Positions 50,610 through 64,000 of a stretch of DNA of 64,000 nucleotides are shown piece after piece; the stretch's first letter is position 1; every line of letters starts with the position of its first letter. Position numbers and translations under genes: made by a program. The DNA comes from Macrostomum lignano. Taxonomy: Eukaryota. The stretch spans positions 29,218-93,217 of the forward strand of contig NIVC01001605.1 in assembly GCA_002269645.1 (NCBI GenBank), read 5' to 3'. The notes beneath the pieces are model-generated. The model worked only from the letters and a program-made list of their open reading frames with translations, searched no databases and was not told where the DNA came from.

Positions 50610-51422
50610 AGTAGTCCTGGCTTTGAGATGCAAACAAGCAGTAGAAGACGTCTATTTACTGCCGTAATAAAAATTATTTGAAAGAAGTTCTTCACAAGCA
50701 GAGCCGAAGGCCTCAGTGCGGGCCTCTTGGAGACCTCCTGCTGCCATTTTGCCCAAATATTGTGAGCGGCATTTTATAAAAAGTTCACATGAGTAACATT
50801 CGGGTAGAGCCATAGCGGTGTTTTATTCTATACAAACCCATTAGAAACCCTGGTCACTTGGTTCGGAGATGACAGAAATGCCACGATGTCTTTGTGTGGC
50901 ACCTTTATGGCGCCTCACTGCTTCCTGGCGCCTCTGATTACTACACCATAATTTTGGCAAATGTCTTCTGAGTAATTTCCCCTGACAATGAAAGTACTTT
51001 TTTCCCTCTGCAAAGGTCTGCTGTGCTATGCGTGGATTTAGACTCGAAACTCTCTTTGACTGACTTCATTCATTTGATCTCATGAAAGACTGGGCTTTCA
51101 GGTGCAAATCGCAGTAGCCGCATCTCTTCCAGCTGCAGGCGGTTGAATTTACCCCAGCAGTTTCTAATTTTAGCAGCTCGCTCCCACGGATACTACTGAC
51201 CAGCACTGGGCAGCAGTTCCCGAATGAGGTTGAGAAGCGGGAAAAGTTGATTGGCTCTCAGCAGCAAAAGCCTTCAGCGCTGGGGTTAAAATGGACAGCA
51301 GCTCGCTCTGAATGCACTTGGAGAAATATCGTTTATTGTTTGTTTTGCTTATATCGTTTATTCTTTCCAAGTATCGAAAGTACTTTCTTTAGCACTCATT
51401 GCTTTTTGGCTTCATTAGAGCA

Positions 51423-55128
<3,706 letters not shown>

Positions 55129-56689
55129 TGAGAATGTCCTGAACCGAGTGCCAGATGCAGCTCCCGTTGGACCGATGGGTTGCTGCCTTCATGGCCTTGG
55201 CGTCATTATCTACTTTGAGATCGAGCAATTTGATGGATTTTTTACTTATTATTATTTTTCTATCATTGAGCTGATGTCAAATTTGCAGCGAATTTAGGAG
55301 ATTTCTGTTAGCCAAGCAGCCATTTGCCAGCCGGACTTTTTGCATTAAAACTGATGTCTGACTAACCTGACTGTCTGACTGTTGCATGACATTTCCAACC
55401 CAATTTGAATTTGCGACTTCTTCAGGTGCACACAAGTGATGTATATCAGGATAAAAGCCGATGTATAAGTTGGTCACCAATTGAATTTTCATGTAGTTTC
55501 ATAACTTTAGCTTGCACTGCACTTGTACGCTGAGCTGTTCTCCCATGTGTGCCTTGTTTGTGAGTTGTGAGGCTGCGTAATTCATGTCTGGCTGCAACTG
55601 TCTGACTGGCAAACTGGTAGACCCAAGTTCATTCCAACTGACGCTTCAGTTCGATGGTGCTGAGTTTGCTCATCTTTATTTCCCAGCACTGCATGCACTG
55701 CTCCTCCTAAAGAGTCCCATGTAGTCCGAAGCTCATTCCCAAAGAATCTCAAAGTCCTCAGTCAGGGATTCAGGGAGGCAGAGAGGAGTCAAGGAGGCAG
55801 AGAGGAGTCAAGGAGGCAGATAGGAGTCAGTAGTCACCAGAAAATTTTCCTTCAAAATTCGTGCAGATCAATGCGTAGCTGCTGGAACACTCTATCAGGT
55901 TCTTCTCTCCTTTGCATTGGCTTTTTATGCTGACTTGGAAGGTCCTCCTGGCATCTTACACAGTGCTTTGCTAACTTCTCAACGTGGCCTCAGATAATGG
56001 CCTCAGAGACAGTAGTTGTAACCTTGGATTGTCGATCTGGCCTAAAGATGATTCCTTTGCTCATTCGGAAGGAATTCTCCTGGCATATTACTCAGTGCTT
56101 TGCTACATTCTCAATGGCGTTGCCATGGGGCATACTTGGCAGGTGTTCGAGCACCTCTCGTCTCATCTCTCCCGGTATCAATAATCTCTGTCCAACCAGC
56201 ATTAGTTCTTCTTCAACATTGAGCTTCTTACGCAAGCTCTAGTAGGGCTTCAGAGACAGTCGCTGCAACCTTGGGTTGTCGATCTGGTCCAAAGCGTACT
56301 TATTTGAGATCGGCTCCAGCGGTCTGTGTTCGACTACTATTTCGAAGTGTTTCAATCTTTCGAGAAAAAGACGACTTCTCTTTCACTGTCTAAGAAACGG
56401 ACAGCAGTTGAAGCTCGATCGTTGCTTAACGACGCTCGGCCTCCAAAACGAATCTTGAGCCGGCTTGGACACTCGCTCTGGTTCTGCTTCAGGGTAAAGC
56501 GGTCCAGACAGCTTGGTCTGGAAGCATCCGAGTGCAATGCAGATAAGAGAGGTAGATAAGAAGTTGATCATAAGAGGTCATCTTAGGGACACTGCTCAGC
56601 TCCCTTGTCATCTCCCGGAACGCTTCATCATGCTGCTGACTCCAGATGAAGTCATTCTTGGCCTTCAGTAGGTCCCGCAGTGGCTCTCA

Positions 56690-57560
56690 AATGTCTGGCG
56701 GGTAAATGTCTTGCTGGCAAATGTCTGGCAAATGTCTGGCGAGTAAATGCCTAGCTGGCAAATGTCTGGAAAATGTCTGGTGGGTAAACGCCTGGCTGGA
56801 AAATGTCTGGAAAATGTCTGGCGGGTAAATGCCTGGCTGGCAAATGTCTGGCAAATGCCTGGCGAGTAAATGCCTGGCTGGCAAATGTCTGGCAAATGTC
56901 TGGTGGGTAAATGCCTGGCTGGCAAATGTCTGGCAAATGCCTGGCGAGTAAATGCGTGGCTGGCAAATGTCTGGAAAATGTCTGGCGGGTAAGTGCCTGG
57001 CTGGCAAATGTCTGGAAAATGCCTGGCGAGTAAATGCCTAGCTGGCAAATGTCTGGAAAATGTCTGGTGGGTAAATGCCTAGCTGGCAAATGTCTGGAAA
57101 ATGTCTGGTGGGTAAATGCCTGGCTGGCAAATGTCTGGAAAATGCCTGGCGAGTAAATGCGTGGCTGGCAAATGTCTGGAAAATGTCTGGTGGGTAAATG
57201 CCTGGCTGGCAAATGTCTGGAAAATGTCTGGTGGGTAAATGCCTAGCTGGCAAATGTCTGGCAAATGCCTGGCGAGTAAATGCGTGGCTGGCAAATGTCT
57301 GGAAAATGTCTGGTGGGTAAATGCCTGGCTGGCAAATGTCTGGAAAATGTCTGGTGGGTAAATGCCTGGCTGGCAAATGTCTGGAAAATGTCTGGTGGGT
57401 AAATGCCTGGCTGGAAAATGTCTGGCAAATGCCTGGCGAGTAAATGCGTGGCTGGCAAATGTCTGGAAAATGTCTGGTGGGTAAATGCCTGGCTGGCAAA
57501 TGTCTGGAAAATGTCTGGTGGGTAAATGCCTGGCTGGCAAATGTCTGGCAAATGCCTGGC
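56690..57560. repeat. 41-bp minisatellite with 3x41 (123-bp) higher-order structure, about 21 units
   Basis: Unit gcaaatgtctggaaaatgtctggtgggtaaatgcctggctg. The variant gcctggcgagtaaatgcgtgg recurs about every third unit. Confidence 0.92.
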
Positions 57561-57769
57561 GGATAACTGGGAGTAGACCCAATTTTGTTCCCACTGATGC
57601 TTCAGTTCGATCTTTATTGTGCCAATCTTATTCTGCCGATTTTTATCCCCCAGCATTGTATCCGCTGCTCCTCTGTGCTGAGGCCAATTCCCACCTGCTC
57701 ACCTCGCAGCTGTGAGAGCTTTTGATGCAATGATAGAAACAACCTTCTTGGAGGGGAGGCAGAGCTGAA

Positions 57770-58260
57770 GGAGTCCCACTAAGTCCCCAGCTCGGTCCCA
57801 AAGAGTCCCATGGAGTCCCACTGAGTCCGCAGCTCAGTCCTAAAGAGTCCCATGGAGTCCCACTGAGTCCGCAGCTCAGTCCCAAAGAGTCCCATGGAGT
57901 CCCACTGAGTCCGCAGCTCAGTCCCAAAGAGTCCCATGGAGTCCCACTGAGTCCGCAGCTCAGTCCTAAAGAGTCCCATGGAGTCCCACTGAGTCCGCAG
58001 CTCAGTCCCAAAGAGTCCCATGGAGTCCCACTGAGTCCGCAGCTCAGTCCCAAAGAGTCCCATGGAGTCCCACTGAGTCCGCAGCTCAGTCCCAAAGAGT
58101 CCCATGGAGTCCCACTGAGTCCGCAGCTCAGTCCCAAAGAGTCCCATGGAGTCCCACTGAGTCCGCAGCTCAGTCCCAAAGAGTCCCATGGAGTCCCACT
58201 GAGTCCGCAGCTCAGTCCCAAAGAGTCCCATGGAGTCCCACTGAGTCCGCAGCTCAGTTC
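57770..58260. repeat. 42-bp minisatellite, about 11.5 copies
   Basis: Unit gagtcccatggagtcccactgagtccgcagctcagtcccaaa. Confidence 0.95.
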
Positions 58261-58663
58261 AAAGGAGTCAGGGAGGCAGAGAGGAGTCAGGGATGCAGAG
58301 AGGAGTCAGGGATGCAGATAGGAGTCAGGGAGGCAAAGAGGAATCGGTGAACTTTGCACTCCATGCACAAAAGTTTTCCTCAGATACAAAATTCTCGAGC
58401 AGTTGCGCAGCTGTGGCTGAGAAAGCCTTCTCTCTAGCACCAAATATACATTCAAATCTGCAGCATTGATTTACTGAGGGCAGCCCCAAACCAAGTTACA
58501 AACGGTTGAACGCTTCCGGTCAGTCCTGCAGATGGCTAACTTTGATAAAGCAGCGCAGTCTCTTGTTTTGAGATGCAGCAGAAGAACCCGCCGCGATCAG
58601 GGGCATCGCACCAAATGCAGTTTTGTAGCTCTCAGCTTCCGGTTGACCGGAAGTTCAACATCT

Positions 58664-59107
58664 GGGCGGTGTTTTACGAACCAAAGCTCAATCTTAAGAT
58701 GCAAAGGATTCCTCGGGTTTGGCGTCAACCGCTGGGGACGACGTTCATTTCTCAATCTCTTTCTGACTAAAATTAGGTCTTCTTTTATCAGCCATTCGAA
58801 TGTGATTTGCAATGCAAAATAAACTCAATGAACAAGAAGTACTATAAGTCGTGACCGTGTCTCTGCTGGCTAAAATAAGGCATATATAAAACGGCTAAAG
58901 TTTGACGCCACGCGGAATGCGGAATTAGTCCATGGTCAACCCAATCTTAAACTTTCTCGTCCACAACCAAAGCTCGACCTTAGCTAAGATCGAGGTTGGA
59001 AGTGACTCCTAAGTGTTTGTAAAACGCATTTACGGCTCAGTCTTAAGTTCGAGTCTAAGTTGGAACTTACGAGTCAGTCTTAAGACGCAGTTCGTAAAAC
59101 AACTCCC
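58664..59107. mobile_element. PIF/Harbinger-like MITE
   Basis: Imperfect 18-bp TIR GGGCGGTGTTTTACGAAC / GTTCGTAAAACAACTCCC. No clean TSD. Confidence 0.55.
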
Positions 59108-59559
59108 TGAGGTTGAATTTGTTTGGAAAGAGCTGCAGCGCAACAGAGGTGTAGATTGAATCTGATGTGGTCCGTATTGACAGGAGCCACTGTTTTCTGT
59201 TTCTTTCCAAAAGATATTGACTATGCAGCCATTTTCTGTCCGTGGTTGGGTTGTGCGACTGCAGTGTTGCGTTGTAAATATGAAAAATGTAAATATGATT
59301 TTTTAGTTTCTTTAAGTATTTATCTATCCGTAACTTTGCGCACCTGATGGATGCGGTGTGTCTCAATAGAACTCCCAAACTGCCAGATTCCCTACTGACA
59401 AATTCTCTTGTTGCGATGCGAGTTGAGCAAACAGAAAACTTAGCCCTCTCACCTGAGAGCTTGAATCCATTTTTTTAGTTATGTCGTCTAAAAAATACGA
59501 GTAAAACAATGCAAAATCTCACCCTTTTAATTCAGCAGCCCTCATCTCCCCTTATTTAA

Positions 59560-60680
59560 ATCAAATTGTTCACGTAAGCAGTGTAAGACTTTTTGTGAAG
59601 GGTTCGACTTGGATCCTCTCCGGGGTCTCCTGATTCGAGGTTTGTTCTGCTCGATTCCTCTGGACCCTAGCTCTGCGCCCGCCTTGTAGTTCTGGCTTCC
59701 CTTGTCGCTTTTCAACCCTCACTGGCAATCGCCTCGCCAGCAATCTCTGGTTCCTGCACAGGACTCTTCCACTGGTTTGTCCGAATAGGAAGTCATTGTT
59801 CCGCATTAATTCAACGATCATTCCGTTGCGGTCCCACTTCCTGGTCTGTGAGTCTTGAATTGCCACACGGTCAGCCACCTTGAGTTTACGTAACTCCTTT
59901 TCAGATGTTATGCAGTGTTGTTGCCTGGAAAGTGCCCGCCCCTGCTTCTACTCCATTAGCTGCTTTTTGTCATTCCTTGGCAAACGCATGCCTGTGTGAA
60001 CCTGTAAAGTGTCCTTGACCGGTGTTCGAAGACTGTGCTGGTGACTGGCCTTCGTATCGTTGTGAATTGATGTTGATCAGGAGTTGTTTTCTCAGTTTGC
60101 TCCCAGTCTGGCTCACGTAGTCTGGATTCCAGCTGCCTCTCATAAATTTTTCATGGCTTTCACTGCGGCCTCCGCCTTTGAGATGACCGGCTTTGGATAG
60201 CTTGGAGATGACGTCCCACTCGACTTCCCATCGCTCCAGGAATCGCTGGAATGGCTTTGCCGCAAATTGCGGTCCGTTGTCGCTCGAAATGACGTCAGAA
60301 ACTCCTTCTGGTAAAATCGCTGCCTCAAGGAATTTATAATTTTGTATGTTGGCGTGTTATGTTGGCTGTCACCAGGAAATTCTTCCCTACTATGTCGGGC
60401 TCTTCTCTCCTTTGCATTGGTTGCTTCTGTTGACTCGGAAGGTCCTTACATCTTACAAAGTGTTTTGCTACAATCAAAATGTCGTTCTCAATGCCAGGAC
60501 AAAAATGACATGCCCGCTCTCTTTCAGTTTGCTACTCCATGGTGTGTACTTTGCAGGTGTTCGAGCACCTCTCGTCCTATCACTCTCGGTATCAGTAATC
60601 CCTTTCCAACCAGCATTAGTTTTTCATCAAGAGCGTACTTCCATGCTCAGAGGGATACGATTGCGCCGTTTCTGTCCGTC
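59560..60680 (-). mobile_element. Degenerate Gypsy integrase remnant
   Basis: Minus strand SSDNGPQF, SSPSYP..SKAEAAVKAMK, DRVAIQDSQTRKWDRNG...GRVLCRNQRLL. Confidence 0.75.
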
Positions 60681-60714
60681 CTGGTGCCAAGGACTACTTA
60701 AGTAGATATGTTAC

Positions 60715-61325
60715 TTTAGTCGTCCTTGCATGGTGCTTGACTGGGTGCTGCGGACTGCCCTCTCTTCTGACAACGATAGCTTCCTGCTGCAGCGACGCGT
60801 GGGTCGACACCAACCGGAAAGGCGGCTCAGTGTGCTTGGCTACGCCGATGACCTCGCCCTGCTGTCCTCGACTGTCGAGGGCGGCCAACGCCAGCTGGAC
60901 CGGCTAATGAGCGTTGCGGCGAGCGTCGGCCTGGTAGTCAACATACAGAAGACCGTCGTGCTCTGCGTGCCGGACGACATCGAGGTTGCAATTTTCTGCC
61001 GAGGCGTCGACGAGCAGGTGAAAAAGCTTCCGTGCTCTCAGCAGTTTGTCTGGTGCCTGACGTTCGCGAGGACCTGTGACGTCGTAGTGGACTTGCCTGG
61101 GCTGCCTTCCGTTCCGCGAAGGCTGTCCTGCATTCTGAGGCCCTGCCCGACCGCCAGAGGGCGGCGTTGTTACAGGCGGTGATCGAGACCGTTCTGTTGT
61201 ACCTGTAATGTATAACGCCGAGACCTGGATGCTGACAGATTCGCTCGAACAGCTGGTCGATGCAGCACACGCGCCGCCTTCAAGGTCGGCTACAAGCGAG
61301 TACTGCCCACAGCCGGTGCAGGAGG
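60715..61325 (+). mobile_element. RTE-like LINE fragment (RT C-terminus)
   Basis: LDWVLRTAL...YADDLALLSSTVEG. Confidence 0.88.
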
Positions 61326-62273
61326 TATACACATTTTTCTCTGGGGCCTTTGAGTTTGTGTTCTCACTTTCGTAAGATAGATGTCTAGCGGTCTAAGGTT
61401 CTTACAGCTCTAATCTCTTCAATCAGGCCGTCAGAGAAAACCGTATAAACTGACGGGATCTCCTAGTATCTAAGCTGAGTTTGACTCTTTCTCGGATATG
61501 CTCTGCGTGACAATTAAGACAAATAACTGTATTGAAGACTTAGATTTGTGCCAACTGGATAATCCAGAGACCAATTCAAAGGGACCAATTCGAGATCGAA
61601 AACTGCGCAAGAAAAAACGAAGCGCCGCTCCAGTTTGAGATGGGCGTCTATTTATACCAATTAGAATTTTTGACCTCCCCCGCCGCCGGTGGGGTGTCTT
61701 CGCGTGGTTAGCAATGGCGGGGGGGTTTTAAGCAATAAAAATCCGGGACTCAGTCCCCTAGTTGTACACGAATTTAGTTAGTTCTAGTAGGTTGCTAAGT
61801 GTGAGGGTTAGAGTTTACTCGGGGTTTCGCAAATCTATGTGTTGAGTTGGATAAAATTTGGGATAGAAAGATTATAGAAAAAGAGCTTAATTTTCCGTCT
61901 CTTAACTCTGTCCATTGATGATTAAACAGTCCTCTCGGTTGTCAAGCTGTTTGGGGTTGATCTCGCCTTCTTGGGTCGGTTCAGGTTGGGTAGGAATCTG
62001 TAGGTGGGCCTCACGTTTTCTCCCTCAGGGTGCGCCAAAGTCTGCCGCGTGCCGCGTTGTTCTAAGTCAGGCCGCTGCTCAGCTTGCTTCTCCCAGCCGG
62101 TTTGAGCGCCATTGTGCCTGCGGCGGGGTGACGCTACTGACTGGAATGAAAAGGGGCTTTATTAGATTCGGCTATTTAAATTCACTTGACAGTTGATTAA
62201 TTATCTTAAAGCTGCTTCTGTTTGCCCCTCTAATAGCTATCTAGGGGTTCCATTGTGCTCTTCTGCCTCGCCC

Positions 62274-63254
62274 TGTAGAGATCTCCAGAAACAATACAAG
62301 TAGACTACTGTAAGTAGTAACATAAAAATGCGAAAAACTTGAATGTTATAAAAATTGCAAATTTTTATACTCTACTTTAAGACAGTGAATACAACGTACC
62401 ACGAAGCATGAGACAAGTTGCAACTATGGTGAAATACGTTGCAACTATGGTGAAATATGATGAAATAAGTTGAAATCTGATGAAATATGAGTCGCGCTAC
62501 TAAGTATATGCCAAAATTTCGACTATAAATATAAGCGTAAAATCCGAGCTGAAACCTCAGACTCGGAGCAGCCTCAAAAGATCTTGTGGTTAGTTAGAGC
62601 AACTAATCGAGGCTATATCTCTGGAGAGAAGCGTGTCAATTGAGAAGCGTTGTTCAAGTCTTCGTTTTTTTGATTAATTGAGAGCGATTTTATTGCCGGC
62701 CGGCCGTTGTTGATCCGTGACTTTACTGAGACTATTGGAGGCCTCCCATTTTCCTAAGGGATTGGATAGGATCTGGGGACCGATTCCGATACCCTTAGAG
62801 GATTATTGACGGTTGATTTGGATTATCCTAGATTAACCGATAGGAGAACACGACTCCAATTCCGTTAGATCTAGAAGAAGACGCCCCCTTTGGAGGACCT
62901 CGCGTTAGAATTTGAGTTCATTAGGGCGCACTGTTGATATTGATTTGGCACTCGAGGAACGTACTGAATCCCGCACTCGAGGAGTATTTCGACGTCGACA
63001 CTGTTCTGCTCTCACTCTCGGCCGACTTTGGACTTCGAAGACTTCAAGAAGATTCCTCCGGAGAAGAAGAAGATTGGTAGAAGCGAACTCTACAAACGCG
63101 CGCCACAAGGAAGAAACAAGGAACGAGCTCGGAGAACCTGCCCGACACAGAAGAGCCCGCCACAGTAAGTGAACACGTTAAATTTGTTCCCAGGCTAAAG
63201 TGTCTGGAAGTGGGAGTTTTCGGGAGACTGATCACCTCCCGAATCAACTCTTCA
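62274..63254 (+). mobile_element. Solo LTR, related to 3148-4086
   Basis: TGTAGAG...CTCTTCA termini, 4-bp TSD GCCC (62270-62273, 63255-63258), TATA ctataaatata near 62523. Confidence 0.82.
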
Positions 63255-63344
63255 GCCCTTCACTGCGCCTGGGCATTTCATAAATTTCTATCTATCTTCT
63301 AACTTAGGGTTAAAACTTCAGATTTCTAACTCTTATAGGAGGTG

Positions 63345-63535
63345 CTGCTGCTGACGCTGCAGGCACCCTACCGGCGGGGGCAGGCGCGCACTCGGCGTTT
63401 CGTAGACTGCCTGCTGGCTGATGCCGGCGCCCCGGACACTGCCGGCGGTGCGGCCTGCGTTCGCGCCCAGGCCTTGAAACGTACCTTGTGACGTTGTCTG
63501 CTGACTGACTGACAACGTATTTTGTTGTTGTTTTT
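63345..63535 (+). mobile_element. RTE-like LINE extreme 3' fragment
   Basis: Matches 2270-2420 and 34845-34996, including the GTT tail. Confidence 0.8.
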
Positions 63536-63539
63536 CCCA

Positions 63540-64000
63540 TGCTTTCTGCAGTATGGCCTTAGAGACAGTAGCTGCCACTTTGGGTTTTCGATCTGGTCCA
63601 AAGTGTATTTGTTTAAGATCCTTTGAGAAAAAGACATCTCTTTTCACTGCCCAAGCAACAGCCGGCAGTTCAAGCTCGATCATTGCGTAGCGACGCTCGA
63701 TTTCCGATACTAATCTTGAGCCGGCTTGGATGACTCGCGCTCTGCTTCTGCTTCAGGGTAAAGGGGAGACAGTTTGGTCTGTAAGCATCCGTGTGCAATG
63801 CAGATAAGAGAGGTAGATAAGAAGTTGATCATAAAAGGAAATCGTAGGGACACTGCTCAGCTCTCTCGTTATCTTTTGGAACGCTTCATCATGCTGCTGA
63901 CTCCAGACGAAGTCATTCTTGGCCTTCAGTAGGTCCCGCAGTGGCTGTCAAATGTCTGTCTGGCAAATGTCTGTCTGGCAAATGTCCGTCTGGCAAATTT
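63540..64000 (-). mobile_element. Second copy of the degenerate Gypsy RNase H/thumb remnant, followed by the start of a gcaaatgtc-type array
   Basis: IELELPAVAWAVK, NKYTLDQIENPK. 63780-63950 matches 56520-56690. Confidence 0.75.

Larger units (their letters stand above)
55560..58660 (-). mobile_element. Degenerate Gypsy derivative: gag knuckle, protease, tandem array in place of the RT core, RT thumb/RNase H, integrase N-terminal remnants
   Basis: Minus-strand EPLRDLLKAKNDFIWSQQHDEAF near 56680; HFEIVVxHRPLEPI..NKYALDQIDNPRLQ near 56300; KLGLLP near 57580. Confidence 0.65.

Noticed and set aside
61380-62270. Additional solo LTR on the minus strand (also 17125-17890)
   Set aside because: LTR-like composition and TATA, but no TG/CA ends with a TSD could be fixed.

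Overview
Eukaryotic, repeat-rich animal genomic DNA, not prokaryotic. It has spliceosomal introns, intronic snoRNAs, and LTR, non-LTR and Penelope elements. The gene content and composition would fit a flatworm such as Macrostomum (inference only). Host genes: two tandem paralogs of a secreted PAN-like/Thr-mucin/ALK-LTK-type glycine-rich protein (6.4-8.5 kb, 15.0-16.4 kb); two intronless, convergent, divergent PP1-like phosphatases sharing an apparent gene-conversion tract (18.8 kb +, 42.5 kb -); a spliced micro-exon snoRNA host carrying three U24 and one U36-like C/D snoRNAs, absent from the ORF track (39.7-41.2 kb); an intronless otopetrin (44.4-46.3 kb -); and a three-exon ankyrin-repeat/Mab-21 (cGAS-like) fusion gene (51.4-55.1 kb). 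Mobile DNA: a young full-length Ty3/Gypsy element (22574-31639) with a duplicated LTR-end/PBS module, a palindrome-rich U3 and a long repeat insert in Pol; a Penelope fragment with a minimal hammerhead ribozyme; RTE-like LINE copies, one with a twin-priming-type 5' inversion; solo LTRs; MITEs; decayed Gypsy derivatives; and several minisatellites. Most frameshifts in otherwise intact ORFs are 1-bp changes in homopolymer runs, so several may be consensus-sequence errors.
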